Assembly: GCA_963700375.1 (NCBI GenBank)
Contig: CAVOXF010000003.1
Location: forward strand, 13,079-77,078
DNA: 64,000 nt
Direction: 5' to 3'
Origin: an uncultured Actinomycetota bacterium
GTDB taxonomy: Bacteria > Actinomycetota > Acidimicrobiia > Spongiisociales > UBA5794
The translations under genes were made by a program, and so were the position numbers. Positions within the stretch are counted from its first letter, which is position 1; every line of letters starts with the position of its first letter. Shown piece after piece: positions 40,509 to 51,143 of the stretch. Under the pieces are notes generated by a model. It had not been told where the DNA came from. It did not search any database and was given only the letters and a program-made list of their open reading frames with translations.

Positions 40509-41017
40509 GTCAGCAGTTCCCGGAGTTGTTTGCGGCCCCGATGGATCCGGCTTCGCACCGTACCGACCGGCACGTCGGTGGCCTCTGCGATCTCGTCATA
40601 GGTGAGGCCGACCACATCACACAACACAACGGCCTCCCGATACTCGTAGGGAAGCTTGAGAAGCGACGACTGGACATCGTCGGAGAGGCGGACCGAGGCG
40701 AGGACCTCGTCGGGCGAAGGGCTCGAGCCGAGAGCGTAGTGATCGCCTTCGGGCAGCGCAGACTCGGGGCGGCGCTGCTTGCGCCGAATCCCGTCGAGGA
40801 AGGCGTTGCGGGTGATGCGCCAGAGCCAGCCTTCGAAGGAGCCGGGCTGGTAGGAGTCGAGGCCCTTGCGTACGCGAAGCAGCACCTCTTGCACGAGGTC
40901 GGCGGCGTCGTCCGGGTTGCCGGTGAGGCGATAGGCGAAGTTGTAGATCTTGCGCCCATAGCGTTGCGCAACGTCTTCCCAGGTCGGAGTGAAATCGTTA
41001 GTCATGCTTCCCCACAA
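40496..41017 (-). CDS. sigE: ECF RNA polymerase sigma factor (SigE-like)
   Basis: sigma-70 region 2 (DLVQEVLLRV) and region 4 (LTYDEIAEATDVPVGTVRSRIHRGR). Confidence 0.8.
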   Translation of the reverse strand: MWGSMTNDFTPTWEDVAQRYGRKIYNFAYRLTGNPDDAADLVQEVLLRVRKGLDSYQPGSFEGWLWRITRNAFLDGIRRKQRRPESALPEGDHYALGSSPSPDEVLASVRLSDDVQSSLLKLPYEYREAVVLCDVVGLTYDEIAEATDVPVGTVRSRIHRGRKQLRELLTWPV

Positions 41018-41071
41018 CTAGGGAAGAAACGCCGTTCAGACCGATGGAGTTCCCGAATACGCCGCCGGGGT

Positions 41072-41254
41072 TCAGGTCGCGTCGGAGTCGGCTGGAGCGT
41101 CCTCGTCGGGAACGCCTTCTTCGACGCCCTTCTTGAACTCTTTCGCTGATGCACCGATCGACCGGGCAAGACTGGGGAGCTTCGCGGCGCCGAACAACAG
41201 CACGACCACCAAGAGGATGATCAACAGTTCTGGTCCACCAAGATTTTTGAGCAC
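41072..41254 (-). CDS. tatA: twin-arginine translocase subunit TatA
   Basis: 60 aa, MLKNLGGPELLIILLVVVLLFGAAKLP amphipathic/TM pattern typical of TatA/E. Confidence 0.85.
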   Translation of the reverse strand: MLKNLGGPELLIILLVVVLLFGAAKLPSLARSIGASAKEFKKGVEEGVPDEDAPADSDAT

Positions 41255-41345
41255 GAGTCTCCTTTCGAAAGTTCAGTGTAGGAGGCTTCTCGCCCTCCTG
41301 CGACGGATGATCCCGAACCGGCCCATGTCCCCCGGCGCAGCAGCC

Positions 41346-42290
41346 CTACTGCAGTGAGAAGCTGTCAACGAACGGCTGCAGCCGCTCCCGGGTGATGAAC
41401 CTACACCGCGGGTCGCTGCGCTCCTTCTCGTAGATGATGTAGGGGCTGAACTTGTCCGTGATCAGCAAAGCCCGCTGCGGATTGGTCTGGGCGACCGCGA
41501 TCACGAAGGAGTTGACGGCCTGCTCGGAGAGTTCGGGGTGCTCCCCCTCCTGATGCTCGTGGACGACGACCAGCGCTACCGAACCGGCCTTCTGCGCGAG
41601 ATAGGTGGTTCCCGGCGCGTCCGGTCCGGCGGAGATCTGATAGCCCCCGATCTGGAGCAGCGAGCGTGAGAGCGTGAGGAGATCCACGTCGTAGGGGTCG
41701 ATCCCCGCGGCGCGCAGGGCCGCCTCGACCGTCCTGCCATAGGTGATCTCTTCGGTGAACGACGGGAGCTCCCCGGTCGGCACGCGTGCAGCAACCCCCG
41801 GCTGAATCTCGAGCTCTCGCTCACCGAGCGAGGCGAGCGGGTCGTACCCGGAAGCCGAGGCGTGGGGAACGAGCTCAGGCGCGACGATCTCCGGGATCAC
41901 GCCAGGCGCCTCGAGATTCAGTACCGCGACCTCGACCGGTTGACCGTCCCGCTGCCCGAACACCTCCGCCCGAACGACGTGGTCGATCGGAAGGCCGTGG
42001 GAGCGCTTCTCGTGCAAGACAAGCGACGCGTCGTGGCACAGCACATCGCACAGGTGCGCGCCCACCTCGCCATCGGGGAGCGGAACGCTGTAGTAGACCT
42101 TCGCCGTTTCATCGTGGACATGGAAGCCGACCAACTTTGGGCGAAGACGATCCGGCGCCGCGGGGACAGGTTCGGACGTCAGGAACGTTCCAGATGTGGC
42201 GCTTCGCATCAACGAGACGATCGCCCAGACGATCCCGATCAGGACCATACCGACGACGATGGCAACGATGGCGGTGGCGGCCGGACTCAA
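41346..42290 (-). CDS. hypothetical membrane-anchored protein
   Basis: N-terminal TM helix, roughly 280-aa soluble part with no recognisable catalytic motifs. Confidence 0.4.
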   Translation of the reverse strand: MSPAATAIVAIVVGMVLIGIVWAIVSLMRSATSGTFLTSEPVPAAPDRLRPKLVGFHVHDETAKVYYSVPLPDGEVGAHLCDVLCHDASLVLHEKRSHGLPIDHVVRAEVFGQRDGQPVEVAVLNLEAPGVIPEIVAPELVPHASASGYDPLASLGERELEIQPGVAARVPTGELPSFTEEITYGRTVEAALRAAGIDPYDVDLLTLSRSLLQIGGYQISAGPDAPGTTYLAQKAGSVALVVVHEHQEGEHPELSEQAVNSFVIAVAQTNPQRALLITDKFSPYIIYEKERSDPRCRFITRERLQPFVDSFSLQ

Positions 42291-42349
42291 CCTGGCTCCT
42301 TATGTGGGCGACACCATCGGATTCTACCGGACCCCATCCCGCCAGGTGG

Positions 42350-42475
42350 ACTGTCCCCCCGGTCGAAAGCCGGGGGACGCGGAGGAGCACCAGCGACGAC
42401 GCAGGGGCCTTCTGGGCGCTCGTATGGTGAAGATGAGGCCATGCGAAGGACGCAGGAGGCAGGCTGCGCGCGCGA
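42350..42475. repeat. structured intergenic repeat family 2, copy B (begins with tight hairpin CCCCCGG-TCGAAAG-CCGGGGG)
   Basis: aligns with 28060..28195 over about 70 nt; lies between the whiB 3-prime end and the start of the membrane-protein gene. Confidence 0.6.
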
Positions 42476-42480
42476 GATCG

Positions 42481-42768
42481 CTATACCGCCCGGCGGCGGG
42501 TGATCGCGATCTGCCGTTCCTTGCGGATCTTGCGGCGCTCGCGCTCGGACATCTGGCCCCAGATTCCGAACTTCTCGCTCGAGACGATCGCGAACTCGAG
42601 GCACTCGTTGCGCACGGTGCATTCGCGGCAGATCCCTTTCGCGGTGCGCGTGGACGCGCCGCGTTCGGGGAAGAACAGATCAGGATCAGCTCCGCGGCAG
42701 TTCGCGAAATCCTGCCAAGACATGTCGAAGCCATCCGCCTGGAGGGCTTCGATAAATTCGCCGAACAT
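42481..42768 (-). CDS. whiB: WhiB family transcriptional regulator (WhiB1-like Fe-S protein)
   Basis: C-x(n)-C-x2-C-x5-C cluster (CRGADPDLFF...CRECTVRNEC), GIWGQMSERER motif; GGGAG RBS before ATG 42768; alternative start 42723; the 42813 start would read through an AT-rich palindrome. Confidence 0.8.
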   Translation of the reverse strand: MFGEFIEALQADGFDMSWQDFANCRGADPDLFFPERGASTRTAKGICRECTVRNECLEFAIVSSEKFGIWGQMSERERRKIRKERQIAITRRRAV

Positions 42769-42784
42769 GGAGCTCCCGTGGTTT

Positions 42785-42796
42785 TTGTAATTACAA
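42785..42796. promoter_or_regulatory. perfect 12-bp AT-rich palindrome TTGTAATTACAA in the whiB / sdhC divergent promoter region
   Basis: only AT-rich perfect palindrome in a roughly 70% GC window, located 17-60 bp upstream of whiB. Confidence 0.3.
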
Positions 42797-42904
42797 CCTT
42801 GGGATTCTCCCAACCCCGCGCGCGCTTGTCAACCTCAGATCTTGACGCGCGCCTTGTCGCACAAGGATCGCGTCCGTTTCGACACGCACACGATTCCCCG
42901 CGAT

Positions 42905-42934
42905 AATCCCTCCTGGAGCCACTAGGGAGGGATT
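42905..42934 (+). promoter_or_regulatory. 5-prime UTR hairpin (AATCCCTCC-N11-GGAGGGATT) pairing the sdhC Shine-Dalgarno GGAGGG
   Basis: 9-bp inverted repeat whose 3-prime arm contains the RBS 8 nt before the GTG start at 42939. Confidence 0.35.
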
Positions 42935-42938
42935 CAAC

Positions 42939-43679
42939 GTGACCACGAAGACCCGCCGACTCGAAGTCAACCGACGATCCGGATGGCAGGCGTGGCTCGG
43001 GCCATTCTTCACCTCCGACGTCGGAATGAAGTGGATGATGGCCCTGACCGGAATCGGGCTGCTCGGCTACATCCTCGTCCACATGATCGGCAACCTGAAG
43101 ATCTTCATCGGCCCTGAGGATCTCGACCACTACGCCGAGTCGCTCCGGACCCTCCTGTACCCCATCTTCCCGAAGGAAGGCGTGCTCTGGCTGTTCCGCA
43201 TCGGGCTCTCGGCCATGGCGATCATCCATATCTGGTCGGCCACGGTCCTGGCGCTCAGGAATCGCAAAGCCCGCGGCGGCATCCGCTACGAGAAGAAGCG
43301 GGAGTACGCAGCCGCCAACTACGCCAGCCGAACCATGCTGTGGGGTGGCGTGCTCATCGCCCTGTTCGTCATCTACCACCTCGCCGACCTGACTATCGGC
43401 AGCACAAACCCCGACTACGTGGCCGGCGACGTCTACAACAACGTCGTCTACAGCTTCGAGCGCTGGCCGGTCGCACTGTTCTACATCATCACGATGTGCT
43501 TCCTCGCGCTCCACATCTACCACGGTGCGTGGAGCCTGTTCCAGAGCCTCGGCCTCGCGAATCCGCGCTATGACATTTGGCGACGGTGGCTGGCGGCGGC
43601 CCTCGCCATCGCCATCCTCATCGGGAATTCGGCGATTCCGATCGCCGTCCAGCTTGGCATTCTCCAGGTTTCGGGTTGA
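42939..43679 (+). CDS. sdhC: succinate dehydrogenase / fumarate reductase cytochrome b subunit (b558 family)
   Basis: 5 TM helices with conserved His residues; followed by sdhA and sdhB. Confidence 0.8.
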   Translation: MTTKTRRLEVNRRSGWQAWLGPFFTSDVGMKWMMALTGIGLLGYILVHMIGNLKIFIGPEDLDHYAESLRTLLYPIFPKEGVLWLFRIGLSAMAIIHIWSATVLALRNRKARGGIRYEKKREYAAANYASRTMLWGGVLIALFVIYHLADLTIGSTNPDYVAGDVYNNVVYSFERWPVALFYIITMCFLALHIYHGAWSLFQSLGLANPRYDIWRRWLAAALAIAILIGNSAIPIAVQLGILQVSG

Positions 43680-43693
43680 GGGAGGGCTTGAAC

Positions 43694-45631
43694 ATGACCA
43701 CTGACATCAACCGGACCATCCTCGACGCAAAGGTGCCCGAAGGCCCGATCCAGGACAAATGGACGCTCCGCAAGTTCGATGTGAAGCTCGTCAACCCCGC
43801 CAACCGCCGCAAGTACGACCTCATCGTCGTCGGCACCGGTCTTGCCGGAGCGGGCGCTGCGGCGGCGCTGGGCGAACTCGGCTACAACGTCAAGGCGTTC
43901 ACCTACAACGACTCGTCACGACGGGCCCACTCGATCGCCGCCCAGGGTGGCATCAACGCGGCGAAGAACTATCCGAACGACAACGACAGCGTGTTCCGCC
44001 TGTTCTACGACACTGTGAAGGGCGGCGACTACCGGTCTCGCGAGGCGAACGTCTACCGACTCGCCGAGGTGTCGAACGCGATCATCGACCAGACCGTCGC
44101 CCAGGGTGCCCCCTACGCCCGTGAATACGGCGGATTGCTCGACAATCGCTCGTTCGGCGGGGCGCAGGTCTCCCGAACGTTCTACGCTCGGGGCCAGACC
44201 GGGCAACAGCTGTTGTTGACGGCGTATCAGGCGCTCGCCCGCCAGGTGGGCCTCGGCAACGTCGAACTGTTCACCCGCACCGAGATGCTCGAGCTCGTGA
44301 CGAAGGACGGTAGGGCCGTCGGCATCGTGACCCGCGATCTCGTCACCGGCGAGATCGAGAGCCATTCGGCCCATGCCGTGGTGCTGGCAACCGGCGGCTA
44401 CTCGAACGTGTACTTCCTTTCGACCAACGCAATGAACTGCAACGGCACGGCGGCCTGGCGGGCCTATCGGAAGGGTGCGTTCTTCGCCAACCCGTCGTTC
44501 ACGCAGATTCACCCGACGTGCATTCCGGCGAGCGACGAACACCAGTCGAAGCTCACCCTCATGTCCGAGTCGCTACGCAACGACGGCCGCATCTGGGTTC
44601 CGAGGTCCGCTGATGACAGCCGTCCCCCGAACGAGATCCCCGAGGAGGATCGCGACTACTACCTCGAACGGCAGTACCCGGCGTTCGGGAACCTCGTCCC
44701 GCGCGACGTGGCGTCGCGTGCGGCAATGCGCATGATCGACCAGGAACGCGGCGTCGGACCGCTGAAGAACGGCGTGTATCTCGACTTCGCCGACGCCATC
44801 AGCCGCCTTGGGCGACAGACCATCGAGGACCGGTACGGCAACCTGTTCGAGATGTATGAGCGCATCACCGACGAGAACCCGTACGCGGTGCCGATGCGGA
44901 TCTATCCGGCTCCGCACTACACAATGGGCGGCCTGTGGGTCGACTACAACCTCGAGACGACGATTCCCGGACTGTTCGCAACGGGAGAGGCAAACTTCTC
45001 CGACCACGGAGCGAACCGCCTCGGTGCCTCGGCACTCATGCAGGGTGTCGCCGACGGCTACTTCGTCCTGCCGGCCACGATCTCGGGGTACCTGGCCAAT
45101 TGGCTGAACGTCCCCCCGGTCGCAACCGACGACGAGGCGTTTGTGGATGCAGAGCAGGCGGTGAAGGCCCGCCTCGAGACGTTCTTGTCGATCGACGGAA
45201 CCCACTCGGTCGACTACTTCCACCGGCGTCTCGGCAAGATCATGATCGAGGAGTGCGGCATGTCTCGCGACCGCCAAGGCCTCGAGAGGGCCCTCCAGCA
45301 GATTCCTGCACTCCGCGAGGAGTTCTGGAGTGACGTGAAGGTCCTCGGAGGCGACGAGTCGATGAATCAATCGCTCGAACGCGCCGGTCGGGTCGCCGAT
45401 TTCCTCGAACTCGCAGAGCTGATGGTTCGCGACGCGCTGGACCGTGAAGAGTCGTGCGGTGGGCACTTCCGCCTCGAGCACCAGACCGACGATGGCGAGG
45501 CGCGCCGCGATGACGAGAACTTCGCGTTCGTCTCGGCCTGGCAGTGGACCGGAGCGGATTCTCCGCCGGTCCGGCATATGGAGCCGCTGGAGTTCGACTA
45601 CGTCGCCCTGACGCAAAGGAGCTACAAGTGA
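43694..45631 (+). CDS. sdhA: succinate dehydrogenase / fumarate reductase flavoprotein subunit
   Basis: FAD-binding [24 protein letters not shown] covalent-FAD His, [10 protein letters not shown]; GGAGGG RBS. Confidence 0.9.
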   Translation: MTTDINRTILDAKVPEGPIQDKWTLRKFDVKLVNPANRRKYDLIVVGTGLAGAGAAAALGELGYNVKAFTYNDSSRRAHSIAAQGGINAAKNYPNDNDSVFRLFYDTVKGGDYRSREANVYRLAEVSNAIIDQTVAQGAPYAREYGGLLDNRSFGGAQVSRTFYARGQTGQQLLLTAYQALARQVGLGNVELFTRTEMLELVTKDGRAVGIVTRDLVTGEIESHSAHAVVLATGGYSNVYFLSTNAMNCNGTAAWRAYRKGAFFANPSFTQIHPTCIPASDEHQSKLTLMSESLRNDGRIWVPRSADDSRPPNEIPEEDRDYYLERQYPAFGNLVPRDVASRAAMRMIDQERGVGPLKNGVYLDFADAISRLGRQTIEDRYGNLFEMYERITDENPYAVPMRIYPAPHYTMGGLWVDYNLETTIPGLFATGEANFSDHGANRLGASALMQGVADGYFVLPATISGYLANWLNVPPVATDDEAFVDAEQAVKARLETFLSIDGTHSVDYFHRRLGKIMIEECGMSRDRQGLERALQQIPALREEFWSDVKVLGGDESMNQSLERAGRVADFLELAELMVRDALDREESCGGHFRLEHQTDDGEARRDDENFAFVSAWQWTGADSPPVRHMEPLEFDYVALTQRSYK

Positions 45632-46395
45632 TGAACCTCACTCTCCATGTGTGGCGGCAGGCCGGGCCCGGGACCGAAGGGTCCTTCAAGACCTACGAGG
45701 CCAAGGAGGTCAGCCCGGACGCGTCGTTCTTCGAGATGCTCGACGAGTTGAACGAGCGCCTCAACGATCAGGGCGTCGAGCCGATCGCGTTCGACAGCGA
45801 TTGCCGCGAGGGAATCTGCGGCACGTGTGGTGTGATGATCAACGGCCATCCCCACGGTCCGCAGAGCGGCACGGCGACCTGCCAACTCCACATGCGCAAG
45901 TTCAACGACGGAGACACCATCACCGTCGAGCCGTGGCGTGCTCTGGCATTCCCGGTCTTGAAGGACCTGGTCGTTGATCGAAGCCCGTTCGACGAGATCA
46001 TCCAGGCCGGTGGGTACATCAGCGTCAATATCGGGGCCGCGCAGGATGCCAATACCCTCCCGGTCCCGAAGCCTGCGGCGGAGTCCGCGATGGATGCTGC
46101 GGCCTGCATCGGGTGCGCGGCGTGCGTCGCCGCCTGCCCCAACAGCGCAGCGAACCTCTTCACCGCGGCGAAGATCGCCCACTTGAACCTGCTCCCGCAG
46201 GGCCAACCCGAGCGGTATCTACGCACAACCGCCATGGTCGAGACCATGGAGTCGTACTTCGGATCCTGCAGGAACTACGGCGAGTGCGAAACGGCGTGCC
46301 CGAAGAGCATCTCGATCGACGTGATCGCCTGGATGAACCGCGACTACGTCGCCGCCCAGTGGAAGAACCTACGGAAGCAGGGACAGCAGGCCTAG
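45631..46395 (+). CDS. sdhB: succinate dehydrogenase / fumarate reductase iron-sulfur subunit
   Basis: 2Fe-2S cysteines CREGICGTCG, 4Fe-4S CIGCAACVAACP and CETACPKSI motifs; TGATG overlap with sdhA. Confidence 0.9.
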   Translation: MNLTLHVWRQAGPGTEGSFKTYEAKEVSPDASFFEMLDELNERLNDQGVEPIAFDSDCREGICGTCGVMINGHPHGPQSGTATCQLHMRKFNDGDTITVEPWRALAFPVLKDLVVDRSPFDEIIQAGGYISVNIGAAQDANTLPVPKPAAESAMDAAACIGCAACVAACPNSAANLFTAAKIAHLNLLPQGQPERYLRTTAMVETMESYFGSCRNYGECETACPKSISIDVIAWMNRDYVAAQWKNLRKQGQQA

Positions 46396-46463
46396 CAGCG
46401 ACTTTTGATCGAACGCTCAAAATCTGGCGCTATCATCGGTAGCCCACGACGAAAGGACCACAC

Positions 46464-46847
46464 GTGGCGAAGTTTCTCAGCGAAGGCCATATGGCAGCCG
46501 GCACGGCGGCCCTGAACGACGATGCCGGTTTCGCGACGGCGATGACGAACGTCGGCCTTGGCCTCCAGTTCTCCGTGACCGACGCGCCCGACGGGGAGAT
46601 CGACTACTACCTGACGGTGGGCGACGGAGCCGCCGTGCTCGCCCTCGGGACCCTCGAGGACGCCGACGCCTCCGTGTCGAGCGACTACGAAACCGCTGCG
46701 GCGATCGCAAAGGGTGAACTGAACGTGCAAATGGCGTTCATGACCGGCAAGATCAAGGTCGGTGGGAACATGGCGAAGGTCATGATGTACCAGGGCCTCA
46801 TCAACGAATTCGCCCGGGTCTCGAGCACCCTCGACCTCGACTACTAG
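46464..46847 (+). CDS. SCP2 sterol-binding domain-containing protein
   Basis: C-terminal GELNVQMAFMTGKIKVGGNMAKVMMYQGL is typical of SCP2 (PF02036); GTG start. Confidence 0.65.
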   Translation: MAKFLSEGHMAAGTAALNDDAGFATAMTNVGLGLQFSVTDAPDGEIDYYLTVGDGAAVLALGTLEDADASVSSDYETAAAIAKGELNVQMAFMTGKIKVGGNMAKVMMYQGLINEFARVSSTLDLDY

Positions 46848-46865
46848 AACACCCCCATTTCAGGG

Positions 46866-46898
46866 AGAAGGCGGGGCGCCAAAGGGTGCCCCGCCTTC
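46866..46898 (+). terminator. GC-rich hairpin terminator after the SCP2 gene (11-bp stem GAAGGCGGGGC / GCCCCGCCTTC)
   Basis: perfect inverted repeat between convergent genes. Confidence 0.55.
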
Positions 46899-46983
46899 GC
46901 GTCATATTCGCCTCTCCCACGAGGGGGCCCTGGGAGTTTGTACTCAGGAGACGAGGTCCGGCGCGATCACCTGCTGCGACGCG

Positions 46984-47013
46984 AGGGAGGGGCGCCTTAC
47001 GGCGCCCCTCCCT
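46984..47013. terminator. bidirectional hairpin terminator (13-bp stem AGGGAGGGGCGCC-TTAC-GGCGCCCCTCCCT) between the SCP2 gene and hup
   Basis: perfect inverted repeat 25 bp downstream of the hup stop. Confidence 0.6.
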
Positions 47014-47037
47014 CTTGGCTATTCGTCGTTGTCGGGA

Positions 47038-47316
47038 TCAGCCGGGCTTGACCTGATCCTTGAACGCCTTGCCCGCCTTGAACGCAGGTACGCGGGTTGC
47101 CGCGACCTTGACTTCCGCACCCGTCTGCGGGTTCCGAGCCGTACGTGCCTTGCGGTCACGAGCCTCGAACGTTCCGAATCCAGTGATCTGGACCTTGCCC
47201 TGGGTCACGACGCCGGACACGATGACGTCGAGTGCTTCGTCGATGACCTTGGCGGCGGTTGCCTTCGACTCGCCTGTGTTGCGAGCGACAGCGTCGATGA
47301 GCTCACCCTTGTTCAT
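47038..47316 (-). CDS. hup: DNA-binding protein HU
   Basis: 92-aa product MNKGELIDAVA...GFGTFEARDRKARTARNPQTGAEV with the conserved HU arm motif; GGAGGTCTC RBS; the rest of the 232-aa track ORF is non-coding read-through. Confidence 0.9.
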   Translation of the reverse strand: MNKGELIDAVARNTGESKATAAKVIDEALDVIVSGVVTQGKVQITGFGTFEARDRKARTARNPQTGAEVKVAATRVPAFKAGKAFKDQVKPG

Positions 47317-47902
47317 AGAGACCTCCCTAGATGGTCGAAGATGCTGAGGTAAATCACAGCGGCGTAACCCTACCGGTGCTCTTGCGCGTGGGCAAGAACT
47401 CGTGCAGGGCAAGGACTCCGGCCACCCGCTGCAATGGTCCGCGCGTCGCCGACGAGAAGGCGCTCTTGAAATTGGAATTGAGCCAAGCACGCCATCGTCA
47501 TCGGACGGCTGATCGTCATGGTCTCGGTTGCGAGCGAGGTGGCACGGACGAAGCCGGCCGATTGATTCCTCGTCGAACCGCGGCGGCTCCGCGGTTCTGC
47601 GGTGAACCAGGGACGGCCCTACTCCGTAATCGGTATTGCCCTCATGCTCCTCGACCTCGTGGTCGCGCGAAAGCGATCGGTCGAAGTCGAGAACTCGGCG
47701 GCCACCGTCGGGCTCGAATGATTGCGGGACGGTCATTGCCTTGCCTTCGGACCGGCCGTCGTTTCGATCACGTTCTCAGTCTTCATGGTCGCGGTGCTCG
47801 GCCTGCTGCCGGCCGTGTTCCTGAACTGAGCCTTCAGAAGCCTTGTCCTGCCTATGTTTCCGGCACTCGACTGCTGCGCGGTCCGGGCCATCGTCTGAAC
47901 GA

Positions 47903-47933
47903 AGATCGGCCCGGGGTGAGCCCGGGCCGATCT
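47903..47933 (-). terminator. hairpin terminator downstream of mdh (13-bp stem AGATCGGCCCGGG / CCCGGGCCGATCT)
   Basis: perfect inverted repeat 24 bp after the mdh stop. Confidence 0.55.
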
Positions 47934-47956
47934 CATACGTGTGGCCTACGGAAACC

Positions 47957-48892
47957 TCAGTAGTCGATCTCGTCCATCTCGGCGACCTTGGCCTTGACGG
48001 CCACGGCCGCTTCGCGGAGGCCCTCGACCTCGGTCGCTGTGAGAGGCGCTTCATGAACCTCGGTGACGCCACCGGCGCCGAGTTTGGCCAGGACTCCGAG
48101 GTACACATCATTGATCCCGTACTGCCCGGTTACCCACGCACACACCGGCATCTCGGCGCCGCTGTCGGTGACGATCGCCTCCACCATCGCAGCAGCGGCC
48201 GCCGACGGGGCGTAGTAGGCGGAGCCGGTCTTGAGCAGCGCTACAACCTCAGCACCACCCTTACGGGTGCGCTCCACGAGTTCTTCGATGGACGCATCAT
48301 CGAGTGCCTCACCGAGCGGCTTCCCGGCGACTTCACACAATGACGGGACCGGGACCATGGTCTCCCCATGGCTGCCCAGGGTCACAGCCTTGACACTGAG
48401 GATGTCCGCGCCGGTGCGTTCGGAGATGAAGTGTGCGAGCCGTGCCGAGTCGAGCATGCCGGCCTGACCGATCACTCGGTTCTTCGGGAACCCGGAGACC
48501 TGTGCGGCCAGCGTGGTCATTTGATCGAGCGGGTTCGTGACCACAACGATCACGCAATCGGGAGAGTGGGCGACGACCTGCTCGGTCACGTTCTTGACGA
48601 TCTTGGCATTGACACCGAGAAGGTCCATCCGGCTCATCCCGGGCTTCCTCGGAAGGCCGGCGGTGATTACCACGACATCGCTTCCCGCTGTATCGGTGTA
48701 GTCGTTGGTGCCCGTGACGATGGTTCGGTAGCCGACCACCGGCCGGGACTGGTTCATGTCGAGCGCAAGGCCCTGCGGCAGATCCTCGACGATGTCGATC
48801 ATGACGACATCATCGACGATGTCGGCTTCCGCGAGACGCTGCACCGTCGTCGACCCGTACTTGCCAGCCCCAACAACCGTGACCTTGCTCAT
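47957..48892 (-). CDS. mdh: malate dehydrogenase (LDH-like MDH family)
   Basis: NAD-binding VTVVGAGKYG, substrate-binding R and catalytic H (GSHGETMVP). Confidence 0.9.
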   Translation of the reverse strand: MSKVTVVGAGKYGSTTVQRLAEADIVDDVVMIDIVEDLPQGLALDMNQSRPVVGYRTIVTGTNDYTDTAGSDVVVITAGLPRKPGMSRMDLLGVNAKIVKNVTEQVVAHSPDCVIVVVTNPLDQMTTLAAQVSGFPKNRVIGQAGMLDSARLAHFISERTGADILSVKAVTLGSHGETMVPVPSLCEVAGKPLGEALDDASIEELVERTRKGGAEVVALLKTGSAYYAPSAAAAAMVEAIVTDSGAEMPVCAWVTGQYGINDVYLGVLAKLGAGGVTEVHEAPLTATEVEGLREAAVAVKAKVAEMDEIDY

Positions 48893-49013
48893 CGTGGTCC
48901 TCCCTGTGAGCGGTTTGACGCAAGGCTAGTTCGCTCCAGCGCCGTTCACCGGAGGCGCTGAGTCAATCTGCGGGAAACCGGAAGCCGCCCACATCGTCGC
49001 TGGCGCTCGTCCG

Positions 49014-49042
49014 CGTCCCCCCGTCCTTCGGCCGGGGGGACG
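49014..49042 (-). terminator. hairpin terminator downstream of icd (10-bp stem CGTCCCCCCG / CGGGGGGACG)
   Basis: perfect inverted repeat immediately after the icd stop. Confidence 0.5.
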
Positions 49043-49048
49043 GGTCTG

Positions 49049-50251
<1,203 letters not shown>

Positions 50252-50288
50252 GTGTTACACCTTTCATCGGCGGGAGGCCCGCCTCGTC

Positions 50289-51143
50289 TCAATCGTCCTT
50301 CGCTTCGGCCAGCGCCACCGTATTCACCATGAGGCTGGCGATCGTCATCGGACCAACGCCTCCGGGTACCGGTGTGATCGCTCCAGCGACGTCCACAACG
50401 GCGTCAAAATCGACATCCCCGACGAGACCGTCGTCGGTCCGATTGATCCCAACGTCGATCACCGTCGCCCCCGGCTTCACGTAGTCCGCGTCGAACATGT
50501 TCGGACGCCCCGCGGCAGTCACGAGGATATCGGCCTCGCGGCACACGCCGGCCAGGTCCGGTGTCCGCGAGTGGGCCTGGATGACGGTGGCGTCAACACC
50601 CTTCGCACCGAGGAGCAGCGCCAGAGGCCGACCGACCAGGAAGGACCGGCCCACGATGACCGCCATCCTGCCTGCAGTCTCGATCCCGTAGTAGTCGAGC
50701 ATGCGCATGATGCCAGACGGCGTCGCCGGGAGCGGGGCAGGCCTTGACAGGATCAGCCGGCCGAGGTTGAACGGATGCAGGCCGTCTGCGTCCTTTGCGG
50801 GGTCCACCGCCTCCACGGCCGCGCCGCCGTCGAGGTTGCCCGGCAACGGGAGTTGCACGATCATTCCGCTCACCGAGTCGTCGGCATTGAGTTCAGCGAT
50901 TACGGCCTCGACATCGGGTTGCGAAGCCGTCGCCGGCAGCCGCCGGTCGATCGACACGATTCCGGCCGCTTCCGCGGCCCGGTGTTTGCTCCTGACGTAT
51001 ATCTGTGATCCGGGATCGTCTCCGACCAAGACGGTGGCGAGGCCGACGGTCCGACCACGTTGGTTGAGGGCCGCCACGCGGTCCGTCACTACAGCTTGGA
51101 CTGCTGCCGCAACCGTGCTCCCGGAGAGAATGCGTGCGCTCAA
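50289..51143 (-). CDS. folD: bifunctional methylenetetrahydrofolate dehydrogenase / methenyltetrahydrofolate cyclohydrolase FolD
   Basis: YVRSK, VGRS..VGRP and PGGVGPMT motifs. Confidence 0.9.
   Translation of the reverse strand: MSARILSGSTVAAAVQAVVTDRVAALNQRGRTVGLATVLVGDDPGSQIYVRSKHRAAEAAGIVSIDRRLPATASQPDVEAVIAELNADDSVSGMIVQLPLPGNLDGGAAVEAVDPAKDADGLHPFNLGRLILSRPAPLPATPSGIMRMLDYYGIETAGRMAVIVGRSFLVGRPLALLLGAKGVDATVIQAHSRTPDLAGVCREADILVTAAGRPNMFDADYVKPGATVIDVGINRTDDGLVGDVDFDAVVDVAGAITPVPGGVGPMTIASLMVNTVALAEAKDD

Noticed and set aside
41346-42290. Possible PD-(D/E)xK restriction-endonuclease-like C-terminal domain in the membrane-anchored hypothetical protein
   Set aside because: Only a vague pattern (VVVHEH...E.K-like); no clear D...(D/E)xK spacing could be established from sequence alone.
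42324-43523. 399-aa minus-strand ORF spanning the whiB-sdhC region
   Set aside because: Runs antisense through whiB upstream sequence and sdhC; junk composition; real genes identified on both sides.
47331-47963. 210-aa plus-strand ORF and 47733..47936 minus ORF in the hup-mdh gap
   Set aside because: Arg-rich wrong-frame composition, no RBS and no domain similarity; treated as non-coding (see finding on the long intergenic region).
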